Below, one piece after another: positions 38,160 through 49,974 of a stretch of DNA of 64,000 nucleotides (position 1 is the stretch's first letter; each line of letters starts with the position of its first letter). This stretch comes from Vitrella brassicaformis CCMP3155 (lineage: Eukaryota; Protista; Chromerida). The notes below the pieces were generated by a model. That model did not search any database, was not told where the DNA came from, and saw only the letters and a list, made by a program, of their open reading frames with translations. Location of the stretch: positions 1 to 64,000 of the forward strand of contig CDMY01000242.1 of assembly GCA_001179505.1 (NCBI GenBank), read 5' to 3'. The position numbers and the translations under genes are program-made.

Positions 38160-41100
38160 ATGCCCAAGGGCCAGGTGCATGCTCCCTCCACCACGCCTCA
38201 ACAAGACCCTCACGGCCGCTTCTCGCCTCAGACTGCACAGCAGTAAGCCGACATAGCACGAGAGAATAGGCGGGCGGCGTTTATGCTGTGCTGTGGTGCG
38301 TCGTTTGGATCAGGCATGCGTTTCATAACCTGATTCGTGCTTGCATCCACGACTCCACTGCACCGTATCGTAGCTCCCGACCCATAGCCATCTATCGGAT
38401 CCTCAGCCCACTTGGAATCACCACGTGAACTACACCACACCACAACACACAACACACAACACACAACACAGACACGGCAGTGTGTCAAGATTCATTCATG
38501 GCTTTTTTGCGTATCGGCTGCCTGGGTGTGGTGTGTGTTTTTGTCATCGATCAGTATCGGTTCGTTTGGTCGCACCTCACTGCAGCAGTGGACCGCGTGG
38601 GGCCTTCGACAGAAACTGCCTGGCCTCTATGAGGACCTCCAAGCCAAGGTGTCTTCTACAGGTCAGGGAGGGAGGGAAATGATCTACACGTCTACACGAA
38701 AACTCAGCTGTGTGTGTGTGCGTGTGTGTGTGTGTGTGTGTGCACCGTGCAGATGAGGGGGGCTCTGGTGCGGGCGGCAATTCGTCGCCGAGTGTGCCTG
38801 AGGCTCACGCCTCAACGCAAGACGAACAAGAGTGGGCCCGCACAGACACAGCACAGCACCAAAGAGAGAGGCTTTGGCCCACCGGTAACTCGTGTGTGGT
38901 GTTTGTATGTGTGTATGTGTGTGGTGTGTGTGATGCATTCAGGCTGTACGAGACGATCCTGACGTATCTGTTGGGCAAGGGCAGGGGGGAGGCCGAAGCC
39001 AAGGAGGAGGCAAACCACTACTACAACGTACTGTGGAACCACGACATCACCGAGTAAGCCGACACAACACGACACAGACAGACAGACAGACAGACGCGTG
39101 TGTGCATTCTTGTGGCTTGTTCCTTCCTTTGTCCGTTTTGCCATCCATCCATCAGCGCCGAGTCGCTACGTCGGGTGACAGCTGACGAGTGGACCAGTGT
39201 GCTCGAGCTTCCTCTCGCCCTCTTCTGGACCATCAAGGACCGAGCGACCGTGACCGTGACACCACCCCCAGGCATCCGGCGCACCCCCACCGCCGCACCA
39301 CCCAAGGCCACACCCAAGACCGGCACCAGACGCCCTCACCCCAAAGACCCACCCATCCCGCGTGTGCCACACCCACACCCACACCACACTCTCCTCGTGC
39401 AGCAGCATGTCGCCGCACCGCGTCGCCGCAGCCGGTCGTCATCCCCCAACCGAGAGCAACATGTCCGACCCAGGCACGTGTTTCTGCAGGAGGGGGGTGA
39501 GCGGGACGGCAGTGGTGTGCGAGGTTGGGGTGGGGGTGGGTCATCGCACGGGCTGGGAATCAGGCAGGGGAGTAGCATTGGTTTGTCGAGTAAGTCACAC
39601 AAAGGGAGGGAAGAACCACAGACGACACATCCGGAGGGTCAGGGCGCTGGTCGATCTGTCCGTGTATGTGTGTTGTGTTGTGTTGTGCTGTGAATGGTAG
39701 GTGTGGGCCGTGGCACTTCTGTCGGCGGAGGTGCGCAGCGCACACAGACACGACACGAGCACAGCATGGACAGACAGTTGAGGGCATGGATGGATGGTGC
39801 GGGTGTGGTTATGGGTGTATGTACGTGTCTCAGGGTATGTCGGCCGTGGCGACCACCCCAGCCCCCTTGCCCACCGACCCGACGACGAGATGCCCGCGTC
39901 GCCCAAGGATGACGACGAGGACGGCCATGGCTGCGACTCCGACACGGAGCGTCTCCGTCGTCATCCCACATCAGTGAGCCAAAGGCCGGCCAAAGGAGAC
40001 AGACAGGCCTGCACATGCATGGATGGATGGATGGATGTGTTTGTGTGTTGTTTGTAAGGGTGAGATTGGCGGCCATCTCCCGACCGGCATGGACGGGTTC
40101 CGACCGTCTCGGCGTCGACCGGGCAGGCGTGGGCAGCGCAAGCCGACCGAACGTGAGATACTCGACGCCTGGGACATGCTGCCTCGGGAGCAGCAGGAGG
40201 GGAGCGGCGGCGTGGATGGGGCGGCTGGGGGCGGCGGCGTGGGTGGGCCGTCGCAGATAGCCATGGACAACGATAGAGGCCATTTGCCGAGTAAGAAACA
40301 TGAAGGCAGGGGCGCACGTGAGTGTAAGCGGGTCGTAAATGTGTGTCTGTGTCTGTTGTGTGGCGTGTAGGGGTCCCGATGGGGGCCGACGATGTCGAGC
40401 GATATCGACTCGCACACACATGGACAATCGCAAAGGTACTTCGCGAACGCAGTGTCACCAAGACAGCAGCGCCCTCACTACTTCCACGCACACATGAAAG
40501 CGGTCATTGTGTGGGCGTGTGTGGATGTGTGTGGATGTGTGTGTGTGTCAGATGACGACCGTACGTCAGGTGGCGCGGCGCAGCACCACGCCGGCTCGCC
40601 CGTCCCATCATACCATCATGCCGTCCCATCCAACCTCGACAGCGGCGTGGTTGGCGCCATGAGCGACTCACCCTCCACCCCAGCCACCCCCCCAGCCACC
40701 AGCAGCAACCTGCCCACCAAGCGCACCCGCACCGCCCATCTGACGACCGCGACGCGCTGCGTGGGGGCATTGACAGGCGCCGCTCTCCTGGTGGCGGCGG
40801 CCGAGGCAGGCGTGCCAGTCGCGACTCTTCCCCAGACCAAGTGTCTCACGATCTCGACCGCTTCGACCAGCGCATAGTGTCGATGGGGCTTCGCTCGCAA
40901 GGGTTCTTGAAGAACTCTGGGAAGGTGCAGGTGGGGGCCTGACAACCAACACGAAAACCTATCACTGGCGGGCACCAAACAGATGAATACTGACCCTGTG
41001 TCTCTCTCAGGCCCAGAGTTCGTCTGGTCTGGACCTCTACAGTCGCCCCGCCCCGTCCCATCTGCGCATGATGCCCAAACCCGACCCACTCTCAACCCGA

Positions 41101-41493
41101 TACCCTCCGTCATACCAGCCACACCACGGACGGCAGCACCATCTCGCCACAGCGCGTTTCCGCAGCCGCTCGTCATCCCCCGATCGAGGCCGCCACGGTG
41201 GTGAGGTCATTGCTGGCCGTGTGGGCGCGGGTGTGCATGTGGGTGTGGGTGCGGCGCTGGGAGCCGACTGGTCGACAGGTCTCGATGACCGCCTCATCCC
41301 CGGCTCGCCCATCGACCGACACAGCAGCTACGGCGCACACCAGCATGTGTACCATCCCACCGAGCGATACGACCAGCACCAGCAGACGATGCCCGCAACT
41401 AATGGAAGGGGCAGGGGCAGAGGGAGGGGCCTTGGGCTACCACCAGCACCAACACCAGCACCGGGGCAGGGCAGCAGGGAAGAATGTATGTAA
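38160..41493 (+). CDS. Multi-exon hypothetical protein (helical N-terminal blocks, long disordered C-terminus); 3' end uncertain
   Basis: Phase-consistent GT-AG exons: MPKGQVH...|HAFHNLIRACIHD...ILSPLGITT|IGSFGRTSLQQWTAWGL..|..|LYETILTYLLGKG...YYNVLWNHDITE|AESLRRVTADEWTSVLELPLALFWTIK. No family recognised. Confidence 0.6.
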
Positions 41494-41508
41494 TGTAGCA
41501 CAGAGAGG

Positions 41509-41808
41509 NNNNNNNNNNNNNNNNNNNNNNNNNNNNNNNNNNNNNNNNNNNNNNNNNNNNNNNNNNNNNNNNNNNNNNNNNNNNNNNNNNNNNNNNNNNN
41601 NNNNNNNNNNNNNNNNNNNNNNNNNNNNNNNNNNNNNNNNNNNNNNNNNNNNNNNNNNNNNNNNNNNNNNNNNNNNNNNNNNNNNNNNNNNNNNNNNNNN
41701 NNNNNNNNNNNNNNNNNNNNNNNNNNNNNNNNNNNNNNNNNNNNNNNNNNNNNNNNNNNNNNNNNNNNNNNNNNNNNNNNNNNNNNNNNNNNNNNNNNNN
41801 NNNNNNNN
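41509..41808. other. Assembly gap (300 N)
   Basis: Run of N next to a G-rich tract. Confidence 0.98.
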
Positions 41809-43867
41809 GGGAGGGGGAGGGAACAGACGTAGGTAGATGGCTGACGGGGGAAGTAGGCATGGCATGGTCGGCCATTGTATGCAATCATCCTATGCTCCTG
41901 GCTGTGTGTTGGTGTGCATGGGGTACACGTCCCTCCCACTCTCTCTGTCTGTGCGTGTGTGTGTACATGCCTGTGTGGAGGGGCTGGGGGATTGGCGTGT
42001 CGCCAGTGGTCTTACTGTATGTGGTCTGGCTGGGTTGATGGCTGGCATGGCATACCGGTGTAGTGTACATACGTACTCACTTTCTTTATTTCTGAGAGCG
42101 AAACGAGGAGGGAGGATCACAGCGGGCAGAGAGGAGCCACCCAAATGGATGGGTATCATAGCTGCTAGCTCTCACAGGAGGGAGGGCTGCCCTGCCAATC
42201 ACCCATCAATGAGTGGGTGACTGGATGGAACGGACAGACAGACAGAACAAGTCAGCTTTGCCCCAACCACTGACTACTTTTGTATCCATCCATAAGTGTG
42301 CATCTCGGTGCCTTCCTGCTTTGTCTGCTTTGTTTGTCCGTGGTGTACGCCCGCTTCGTTGCAGTGAGAGCTGCTGACGGGGCGCACGTCCACTGCTGGC
42401 GGACAATGAGCACTCAGAGCACCGCACCCAAGCCGCACATAGAGAAACAAAGACAAGACAGCGAGGCTCGACATTGACGGCATGGTTGTGCAATGTGCTG
42501 GCTCAGATGTGCTGACTCGCTGCTTTGCACTGACTACTCTTGACGGTCGGTTCATTGCCATCCGATTGGCCAGTGAATCGGACGTTGACGGCCGTCCGGC
42601 GAAAGGCAGGAGCAACACTCACACGAGCCAGGTACCCACAGACAGACAGACAGACAGACAGGGGATGGATAGGGCCCTTCTATGCACAGGTTTTGCCGTC
42701 TTCTGCCTGTCTGTGTGGGGGCTTGCGCGTTCGTCCCCTTGACACACACAAACTCTCTCCCTCTCTCGCTCTCTCTGTGGATGCGTGCACAATGGACGGA
42801 CCCCTCTTTTGTCTTTTGTTTTTGCCGCACTCACTTGCCCCCTCCATGCAAGATGTCGATGTGATGCTGTCCGTCTGCCTGCCTGCCTGCCTGCCTGCGT
42901 GCGTGGCTGTCTCGTGAGTGGGGGGAATGTTCATAAATACACTTTTGACTGCGTCTGTCCACCACACACTGTGATGCATGTGAAGTCACCGAGGCGGATG
43001 CGGTGGTGCACGGCTCACCTCGGCTGTGCGTCCCTCCATCTGCGGCGGAGGGCTCGCGTGCATCACTGTGGGTTGGGAGGAGAGAGGACAGGTGGCCGCA
43101 CTGATGTGTATACTCATTCATGAATGTATGAGTGTGGCCGAGAGCAGCATGAGAGAGGCAGCCAGGCCATCGCCTGGGTGCAGGGAACGTGTGCATTGCA
43201 ATGCCGTCCCCTGCACCTTAGGACTCACTGCAGGTGGACCTGCATAGCCTGCCTGCCTGACTGCCTGCCTGCCTGGCGGCCTTTCTCTATGTCACTTGAA
43301 TGGATGGATGGATGGATGGACGCCTGCCTTTCATGGCGTTGACTGGCTAAATGTACAGTAAGTATCTGTTAAAGCAATCAGCCCACCCCGATCACATAAG
43401 CAATGATGAACAGCATAAACCAATCACCTCGCAAACAGACTCAAATTAGCCATCCGGGCCGACCACTGTGGCTCAAAATGACCGGAAGAGCGAATCCTTG
43501 GATAAGTGGATGGCTGGGAGAGGGAGGTACGCTGAGTGGCTTATTGAGAGGCAGAGAGGCATTTAGTCAGCGTGATTGTGGGTTTAATGGCCTGTGGATG
43601 TGCTATGGTGGGGGATGACGCGAGAGCGGCACCGAGTGGGTGGGTGGGGTGATGACGGGCTTTCGAATGCGATACCGAACCGACACCTGTTCACGCAGCA
43701 AATCATGTTCGCCTTCACCGTCACGATTCGCGAAGGCCACAATTCGTACGCATACAGGCAGGAACACACCAATAAAAGACTGCTCATGGCCAAAAACGAG
43801 TGGACAAAACTCCACACGCAAAGGCAGGTAGAGCCACGTGACTAACGCTATCTCGCCTGCTGGTGCT

Positions 43868-45819
43868 TCAGCCGCTCACCACCTGCACACAGAAACACAC
43901 ACGCACGCACACATACAATGTCCGTCGGAGTGCGCGTGCGCAGGTATGTTGCTTGCACACCTGCCAGATTTCCATCTCATCGCACGTGAAGTTCTGCGAC
44001 TGCGCCAATGTGCCCTGGTCCTGCTGATTGGTCGTTCCCTTGTATCCCTCCGACAGATCGTCCCTCTTGATCCACTGCTGGCAGCTGCTGAGGTCGGCCG
44101 CCGGACCAGGCTGGTCGAATCCCAGCCAGAGATAGCCGCGACCGATGGCCACGTTCCCACACGACTCGCCCTTGCTGTCCTTCACCACTCCCTGTGTGCC
44201 GGCCACCCCCACCGTCTGCCTGTCCTCGGATAGCTCGATCTTGGTCGGCGCGTCATACGCACCGGACAGCGAAAAGAAGAAGACGGGCACCTTGTAGTCG
44301 TTGGTCTGTGTGGGGTCCTTGGGCGGGTCGAGTGGGCCGTCGACGAAGCACCCGAATCGGTGTGTGTCGCCATCGCGGAGGGCGAAGAGCAGGCCGCTCC
44401 TGCCGGTCACCTGGTTGAGGAAGGAGGGATACGCAAATGTGTCACGACTCGATCTGATATCAACACACATGACAGCCATGTCTGTGTGCCCCATCCCCTC
44501 TGTATGTGTGGCCTCCTCACTTGTAGATGAGTGTGACTGTGGGTGAGTGTTTGCCGGTCATGTCGATGACTTTGCCCCACTCCTCGGCCGACTTGGCGAT
44601 GAAGTCGTGGCCATCGGCGGCCGGCAGATTGCAGTACGGCTGGTACCTCAACCCATACATCTCCTGACACACACATGAGAGCAGCCAAACTGCCACCTCG
44701 TGTGGACCCGGGCGCGGTGCCGTCACTTACGATGTCCTCTATGAAATGGCGCTCGCCTCCCTCCTCGAGCAGCGGCGGTCGGATCATCTGACTGGCCGGC
44801 ATGATGGCGATGCGCCGCGAAAACTCCACAGTTGTCACGAAGCACTTGGTAGGCGTCTGACGCACATGACGGTCGGCCCAGCAGGGGGGATTGCTGCACA
44901 GACCATGCACAACCCCCAAGCGCCCAATGTGACCTGCTTGTTGTCATATCTGTGTCTGCTCGCTCCTCTTACGTGGCGAAGCGGGTGAGCAGCGGGTGGT
45001 TGGGGCCCAGACGACTGAAAGTCTTACGCATCATCGACACCTTGCGGCCAAGGACCATCAGGCTCAGAATCTCGTTCTCGTTCTCGTCAGGGCTGGCGAA
45101 GGAGGGCTCCATAGCCTCCAGGAAGCGCTTGATGTCATCCCTGACGCCCTGCAGCTGCTTGATGGCCGTCGAGTGAGTGCGGAGGGACTCCTCGCAGGCC
45201 TTCATATACTGCTGGATGGCCTGGTCCTCGCTGCCGGTGGGATCGGCAGTCGATGCTGTGCTGGCCGTGTGGGGTGTGGTGGTCTGCTGGGGTGCCGAGT
45301 AGCAGGTGATCTCGCGCATGAAGAGGGCGTGGTAGTCGGCGTAGAGGGGGTCAGCCGCCTTGGGCGGCGGAAATATGCCGGTGACACCTCCAGGTAGATG
45401 TGGCCATTCTCATCTCGCGGCAGGCCGTTCGCGTGATGCATCAGGAGGACCGACAGGTACCTGCGCACCATGAAGGGCATCAGCAGGGCTCGCCGACTCA
45501 CGGGGAACACCACTCCACCTGTGCATATGCACACATCCAGGAAGTGTGTGTCATGCACGAAGCTATTCCTCCCTCTCTGTCCTACGTGCACCTGCCTACC
45601 TGCGTTGACATGCACCTCGCTATCGGTGTCTGGGAGCTTCCACACGCCGCCCCGCGCTGACACCATGTCCGAGATCTCATCCGTGATAGCTTTCACATCC
45701 CCCTCTGCCTTGGTCTTGAAGTCAACAGCCTGCTGCATGATCTGCTCGTATGAGTTCTGCGAGGTGAGGATCAGTCGATCTGCCATTCCGCAGCCGGATC
45801 CGTGTGCTCCGCCTGCCAT
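43868..45819 (-). pseudogene. BTB(KCTD-type)-TLDc paralogue A, frameshifted by an internal deletion
   Basis: EVHVNAG|GVVFPVSRRALL...GLPRDENGHIYLEVSPAYF (KCTD-like BTB) and a C-terminal TLDc (SSRDTF...LLFALRDGDTHRFGCF...FFFSL...FTCDEMEIW). Relative to copy D, about 20 codons are missing after AYF (about 45370) and the frame shifts. Confidence 0.75.
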
Positions 45820-46029
45820 TCTTCGTTGTTTGGCTAAGTTCCCGGCGCTCGCAGACGGGTCTAGGGTCTCGGGTTTGCAACCCTGAACCGAACCGAGACG
45901 ACACACAAACGAAAGGAAAGGCAGGCAAAAGCTTCGCCGAGGGCCACCAGAACTAGAGGCAGTGCCGAAAAGCCAACTTTTTTGCTGCCCGGCTTGTGGT
46001 GGCGACGTTGGCGCGTTGAGCGAGGCCCG

Positions 46030-46783
46030 ATGCTGAACTATGTGCCAAGGTGAGGCAGCAATGACGCAGAGCAGGCAGATGACGGAGATCTCCCGAGATC
46101 TGGCTCAGAAAAGTGTGTGTGTGTGATTGTGCTTCAGGCGGACGCCTGGCGTGAAGCTGCTGTATGGCAAGAGGCCTGTGCAGAGGATAATTGCCGGCCA
46201 CAGCAAATTCCTCATTGCGGTACGCGACAACAATCTCATTCATCACTTGCGCATCTTGCCTGCTGCCCATCTGTGGCTGCGTGTGTGTGTGCAGATCCCC
46301 ACCACGACGACAGATAAGATCTACGAGAAGGTGGATGAGTCGGTGTACTATGAGAACAACACATACAACCCGCTGCAGTGGAAGGACTACGTCAAGATCA
46401 AGTCAGCAACAACCGGCATAGAGACGGGGAATGGCGTGTGGGATCCTCACTCTGTTTGTGTGCCCTCCTGCCTGTCTGTGTCTGTCTGTCTGTCTGCGTT
46501 GGATTCGTTCAGGCTTGATGCCCAGAATTTGATAGAGGCCGACGTCAAGTCGGCTCTGACCAACCTTGACTTCTATCCCAAGGTCAGCCAGCCACACCAC
46601 ACAAGCACCCACGATGATGCGCCTCTCATTGGTGCTGCTGTTGTCTGCCGTTTGCCCTTCTTGTGTCAGATCCAAGGGCTGTATGCCGGCCAGCAGTCGC
46701 TGGCAGAGATGGACGCGGCACTCAAGATGTCGGCCAAGCCCCAGTTCAAGTTCCCTCTTGCATCTGGAGGCACCACCAAGTGA
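46030..46783 (+). CDS. ATPTG12: About 130-aa protein resembling an apicomplexan lineage-specific mitochondrial ATP synthase subunit (ATPTG12-like)
   Basis: Five phase-consistent exons give MLNYVPRRTPGVKLLYGKRPVQRIIAGHSKFLIAIPTTTTDKIYEKVDESVYYENNTYNPLQWKDYVKIKLDAQNLIEADVKSALTNLDFYPKIQGLYAGQQSLAEMDAALKMSAKPQFKFPLASGGTTK. This matches my recollection of a Toxoplasma ATP synthase subunit (MLNFIPKR...GKRPVQRI...WKD..K.KLDA...GQQ.MAEMD.ALK). The subunit number is from memory. Confidence 0.72.
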
Positions 46784-47402
46784 TCTGATCCGTTCCTGGC
46801 TGGGTGGACGAATGGAGACAGGCAGGCAGGCAGATGCGCTGTACGTACGTACGCCTCGCGAAATGCGCGCGAGGCTGATGGACAGATGCTCTGATGGTTT
46901 GTTTTGTCCGCCCGAACGGGTTCTGTGAGTGAGTGTAGTTGACTGTCGTGTTCGCTCTGCAAACAATAACGCGTGTGCACACAGCAATGCATGTGATGTG
47001 CATCAAAAGACGTGATTGGCATCTCCATGAGTCGCGCCGCCCTCCCTTCAGCTACGGAGACAACCACATTTTTTAAGCTCGTCATCACGTTTCGGAGGCT
47101 GCAGGCTGCGCTTCTCTGCATTTGCTTGCTGCTTCCTCTATCATTCAAGCAGTGCAGAAGTCAATTGAATTCCTCTCTCATTCAAGCGACAGACTCTGAT
47201 GGCACATCGAATCCATTGCCATGACTGTCGGCAGTACCATCACAGCCACACCGGCCCTATGGTACAGGCCAAGCACGTCACGGAAATGAACCAAACATTC
47301 AACACCATCGCACGACCGAATAAAAAGGTCTCCACAGCCCTCTTGTATCACTGCATAGACACCAGGGCCTCACGAATACAGCGGCCTCATATCTCGCTCA
47401 TT

Positions 47403-49790
47403 TCACCTAGAAAACAATGACGCAACACGCAGAAAGGCGCACACAGTCTCCTGCGCTCCCCTTGCCACTCTATCACTCACCTGCACGTGATAGACTTCCA
47501 TCTGATCGCACGTGAAGTTGTCCGACTGCGCCAATGTGCCGTCGCCGTCTTTATCCCTTTCCCCCGAGAACCCCGCTGGCAATTGCTCCTTCTTGATCCA
47601 CTGTTGGCAGCGGCTGAGGTCGGCGGCCGGACCAGGCTGAGCGAAGCCGAGCCAGAGATAGCCCTTGCCGATGGCCACATTGGCGAGTGGCTCGCCGTTG
47701 TCGCCCTTCACCTTCACCGCCCCCTGTGTGCCGGCCACTCTCACCCTCTGCCTCTCCTCGTGTATCTCGATCTTGGTCGGCGCGTCATACGCGCCGGACA
47801 GCGAAAAGAAGAAGACGGGCACCTTGTAGCCGTTGGTCTTTGCGGGATCAGCAGGCGGTGTAATGGGGCCGTTGATGAAGGCGCCGAATCGGTGTGTGTC
47901 GCCATGTCGGAGGGCGAAGAGGAGGCCGCTCTTGCCGGTCACCTTGTTGAGAAAGGAGGGGTACTCAAATGTGTCACGACTGGACCTGATATCAACCCAC
48001 ACACACACAGAAATGTCTGAGTGTCCCAATCGCATTCCCTCTGTGTGTGGCCTCCTCACTTGTAGATGAGTGTGACTGTGGGTGAGGGTTTGCCGGTCAT
48101 GTCGACGACTTTGCCCCACTCGTCGTCGGTCTCGATGACGAAGCCGCCCCCCGCCACACCGCTGAAGAAGGGCTCGTACTTGAGACCATACATCTCAGTG
48201 TCCGTCCGAATCTGTTTGGCGTTGGGGGCCGTCGGCGGCCTCACCAGAGTGCCGGGCGGTACAATGGGTGCGATGCGCTGTCTGCGAGCGAAGTCGGTGA
48301 CCTTCATGAGATGGTCAGGGCGGACGGAACTCACAGGCGCACCACTGCAGACACAAGAGAAGGAAACAGACATGGCGATTGTGCCTCTCCCGTCCATCTG
48401 TTCGGTGTTGTGTTGCTCACCTGTGGAATGTCGTGTAGAGTCGTTTGTCGCGGCCAACACGCGCCAGTGTGGCCTCGGTGGTCGATATGGTCTGCCTCGG
48501 TGGTCGATATGGTCTTGCCCAGGACGCGCACGCTCTTGATCTGACCCTCTTCAGCAGCTGATGGCTTGAAGAATGGCGCCCCCATCTTGTGAAATCTCTT
48601 GAGCTCCTTCTCAGCTTCGACGAGGTCGGCCATGGCCGCCTCGACGTGGGACGCGCTCGCCTTGATGACGTCGATGGGGTCCTTGCCGTTGATTGCTGCC
48701 TCAGACGCGCCGGTCTCCCTTGTAAGATGGCTGCCGAGGGAGGTCTTGGTGTCGAAAAGGAGATGGTGCCAGAAGACGGACGAGCTGTCGGTGCTGTGGT
48801 CACCCGTCAGCTTGATCTCGTGGCTCTCGCCCTGGGCATCCGCCACACCGACGCCGGTGATCTCATTGAACAGCCTGACATCAACAGATATGACAGACAA
48901 TTGTTGTGCGTGAGTTTCGTCTGCACTCCCTCCCTTCTCCCCCCACTCTCGACTGACCATTCCATATACACGGGATCAGCGTCGAGGAATGGCCGGCCCT
49001 CTGTGTCCTTCGGCAGCCCATCCAGATGGTGCAGCAGCAGGTATGCGATGAACGAATCGCTCACGCCGGGCAGCAGCAGTGGCTTGCGCGGCACACACAG
49101 CACCGTCCCGCCCACGTTGACCTCAATCTCCCCATCTAGCGGCCCGATAGGATTCAGCTGCCCTCCATTGCTCGCGATGAGCTGATTGACGATGTGGGAC
49201 TGCTTCCTAAGCCAATCCAACATCTGCTTGGTGGCAGCGAAGCCATTGATGCTCGCCGCCAGCCAATGCAAAAATGCACCACCACCTGCAGGTGAGAGGT
49301 TCGTCAGCTGGGCTTTGAGTGTCTTGATGGTGTCTTCAGTGTCTTGACAGTTGGCCGTCCCCGGCACGAACAGGTGCACCCACAGCACGCCAGCCAGGCA
49401 CACACCCGCAAAGATGTACATGGTGGTTGAGAAGCCGATGGCCTCCTTCTGTTCTATCGTCGCTTTGCCGACACTTTGTTGGTCAGTCAGCTCTGACAGC
49501 TCCTCTCGCTGCTTGTGGTCCTCGTGCGGCCGAACCTGCGTGTTGTGCGTCGGCCGACAGGCGGCTGCGGTGGGCGAGTCGCTGAACAGGCGAGAGTTGC
49601 TGTGAGAGGTGTTGATCAATGAATCAACCCACTGACTGAGCACACAAAAAGAGTAAAGCAGAGAGAGCTGATGCCCCTGGTGGACTGGTGGATGCCGCCG
49701 ACGAGCTGAGTCCGCACAATCACGACAGCGTCTTCTTCTGCTGCTGCCAGCACGCTGTAAGAAGGGCTGGGTGGGGCCAGACGGACCCAT
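47403..49790 (-). pseudogene. BTB(KCTD-type)-TLDc paralogue B, frameshifted by a 22-bp tandem duplication; 5' part chimeric
   Basis: EIEVNVGGTVLCVPRKPLLLPGVSDSFIAYLLLHHLDGLPKDTEGRPFLDADP (BTB) and an intact TLDc exon at 47480-47990. GCCTCGGTGGTCGATATGGTCT is duplicated at 48472-48515 and shifts the frame. The start codon is uncertain. Confidence 0.75.
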
Positions 49791-49927
49791 GCACTGCAGG
49801 TCTTGGATGGGGAGATCTACGCCCGGATCAGATGGCTCAGCTCTCCAGAAGCGAAATGCTCTATGGCTGAGATATGGAAATGTCAGGCCCTGGCACCACC
49901 ACCAGCACTGGAGAAGCGATTTCTAAG

Positions 49928-49936
49928 TGCGAGCTT
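49928..49936 (+). promoter_or_regulatory. TGCGAGCTT motif about 40 bp upstream of the ATG of paralogue C
   Basis: Seen directly. Confidence 0.5.
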
Positions 49937-49974
49937 TGAGTGGATCGCCCGGGCGGCAAACGGGCCTTTCCGTG

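Noticed and set aside
42274-43845. Short ORFs and microsatellite-free stretches (42280-42477, 43340-43845) as a small gene or transposon relic
   Set aside because: No terminal repeats, transposase or RT motifs, or phase-consistent exon chain found.
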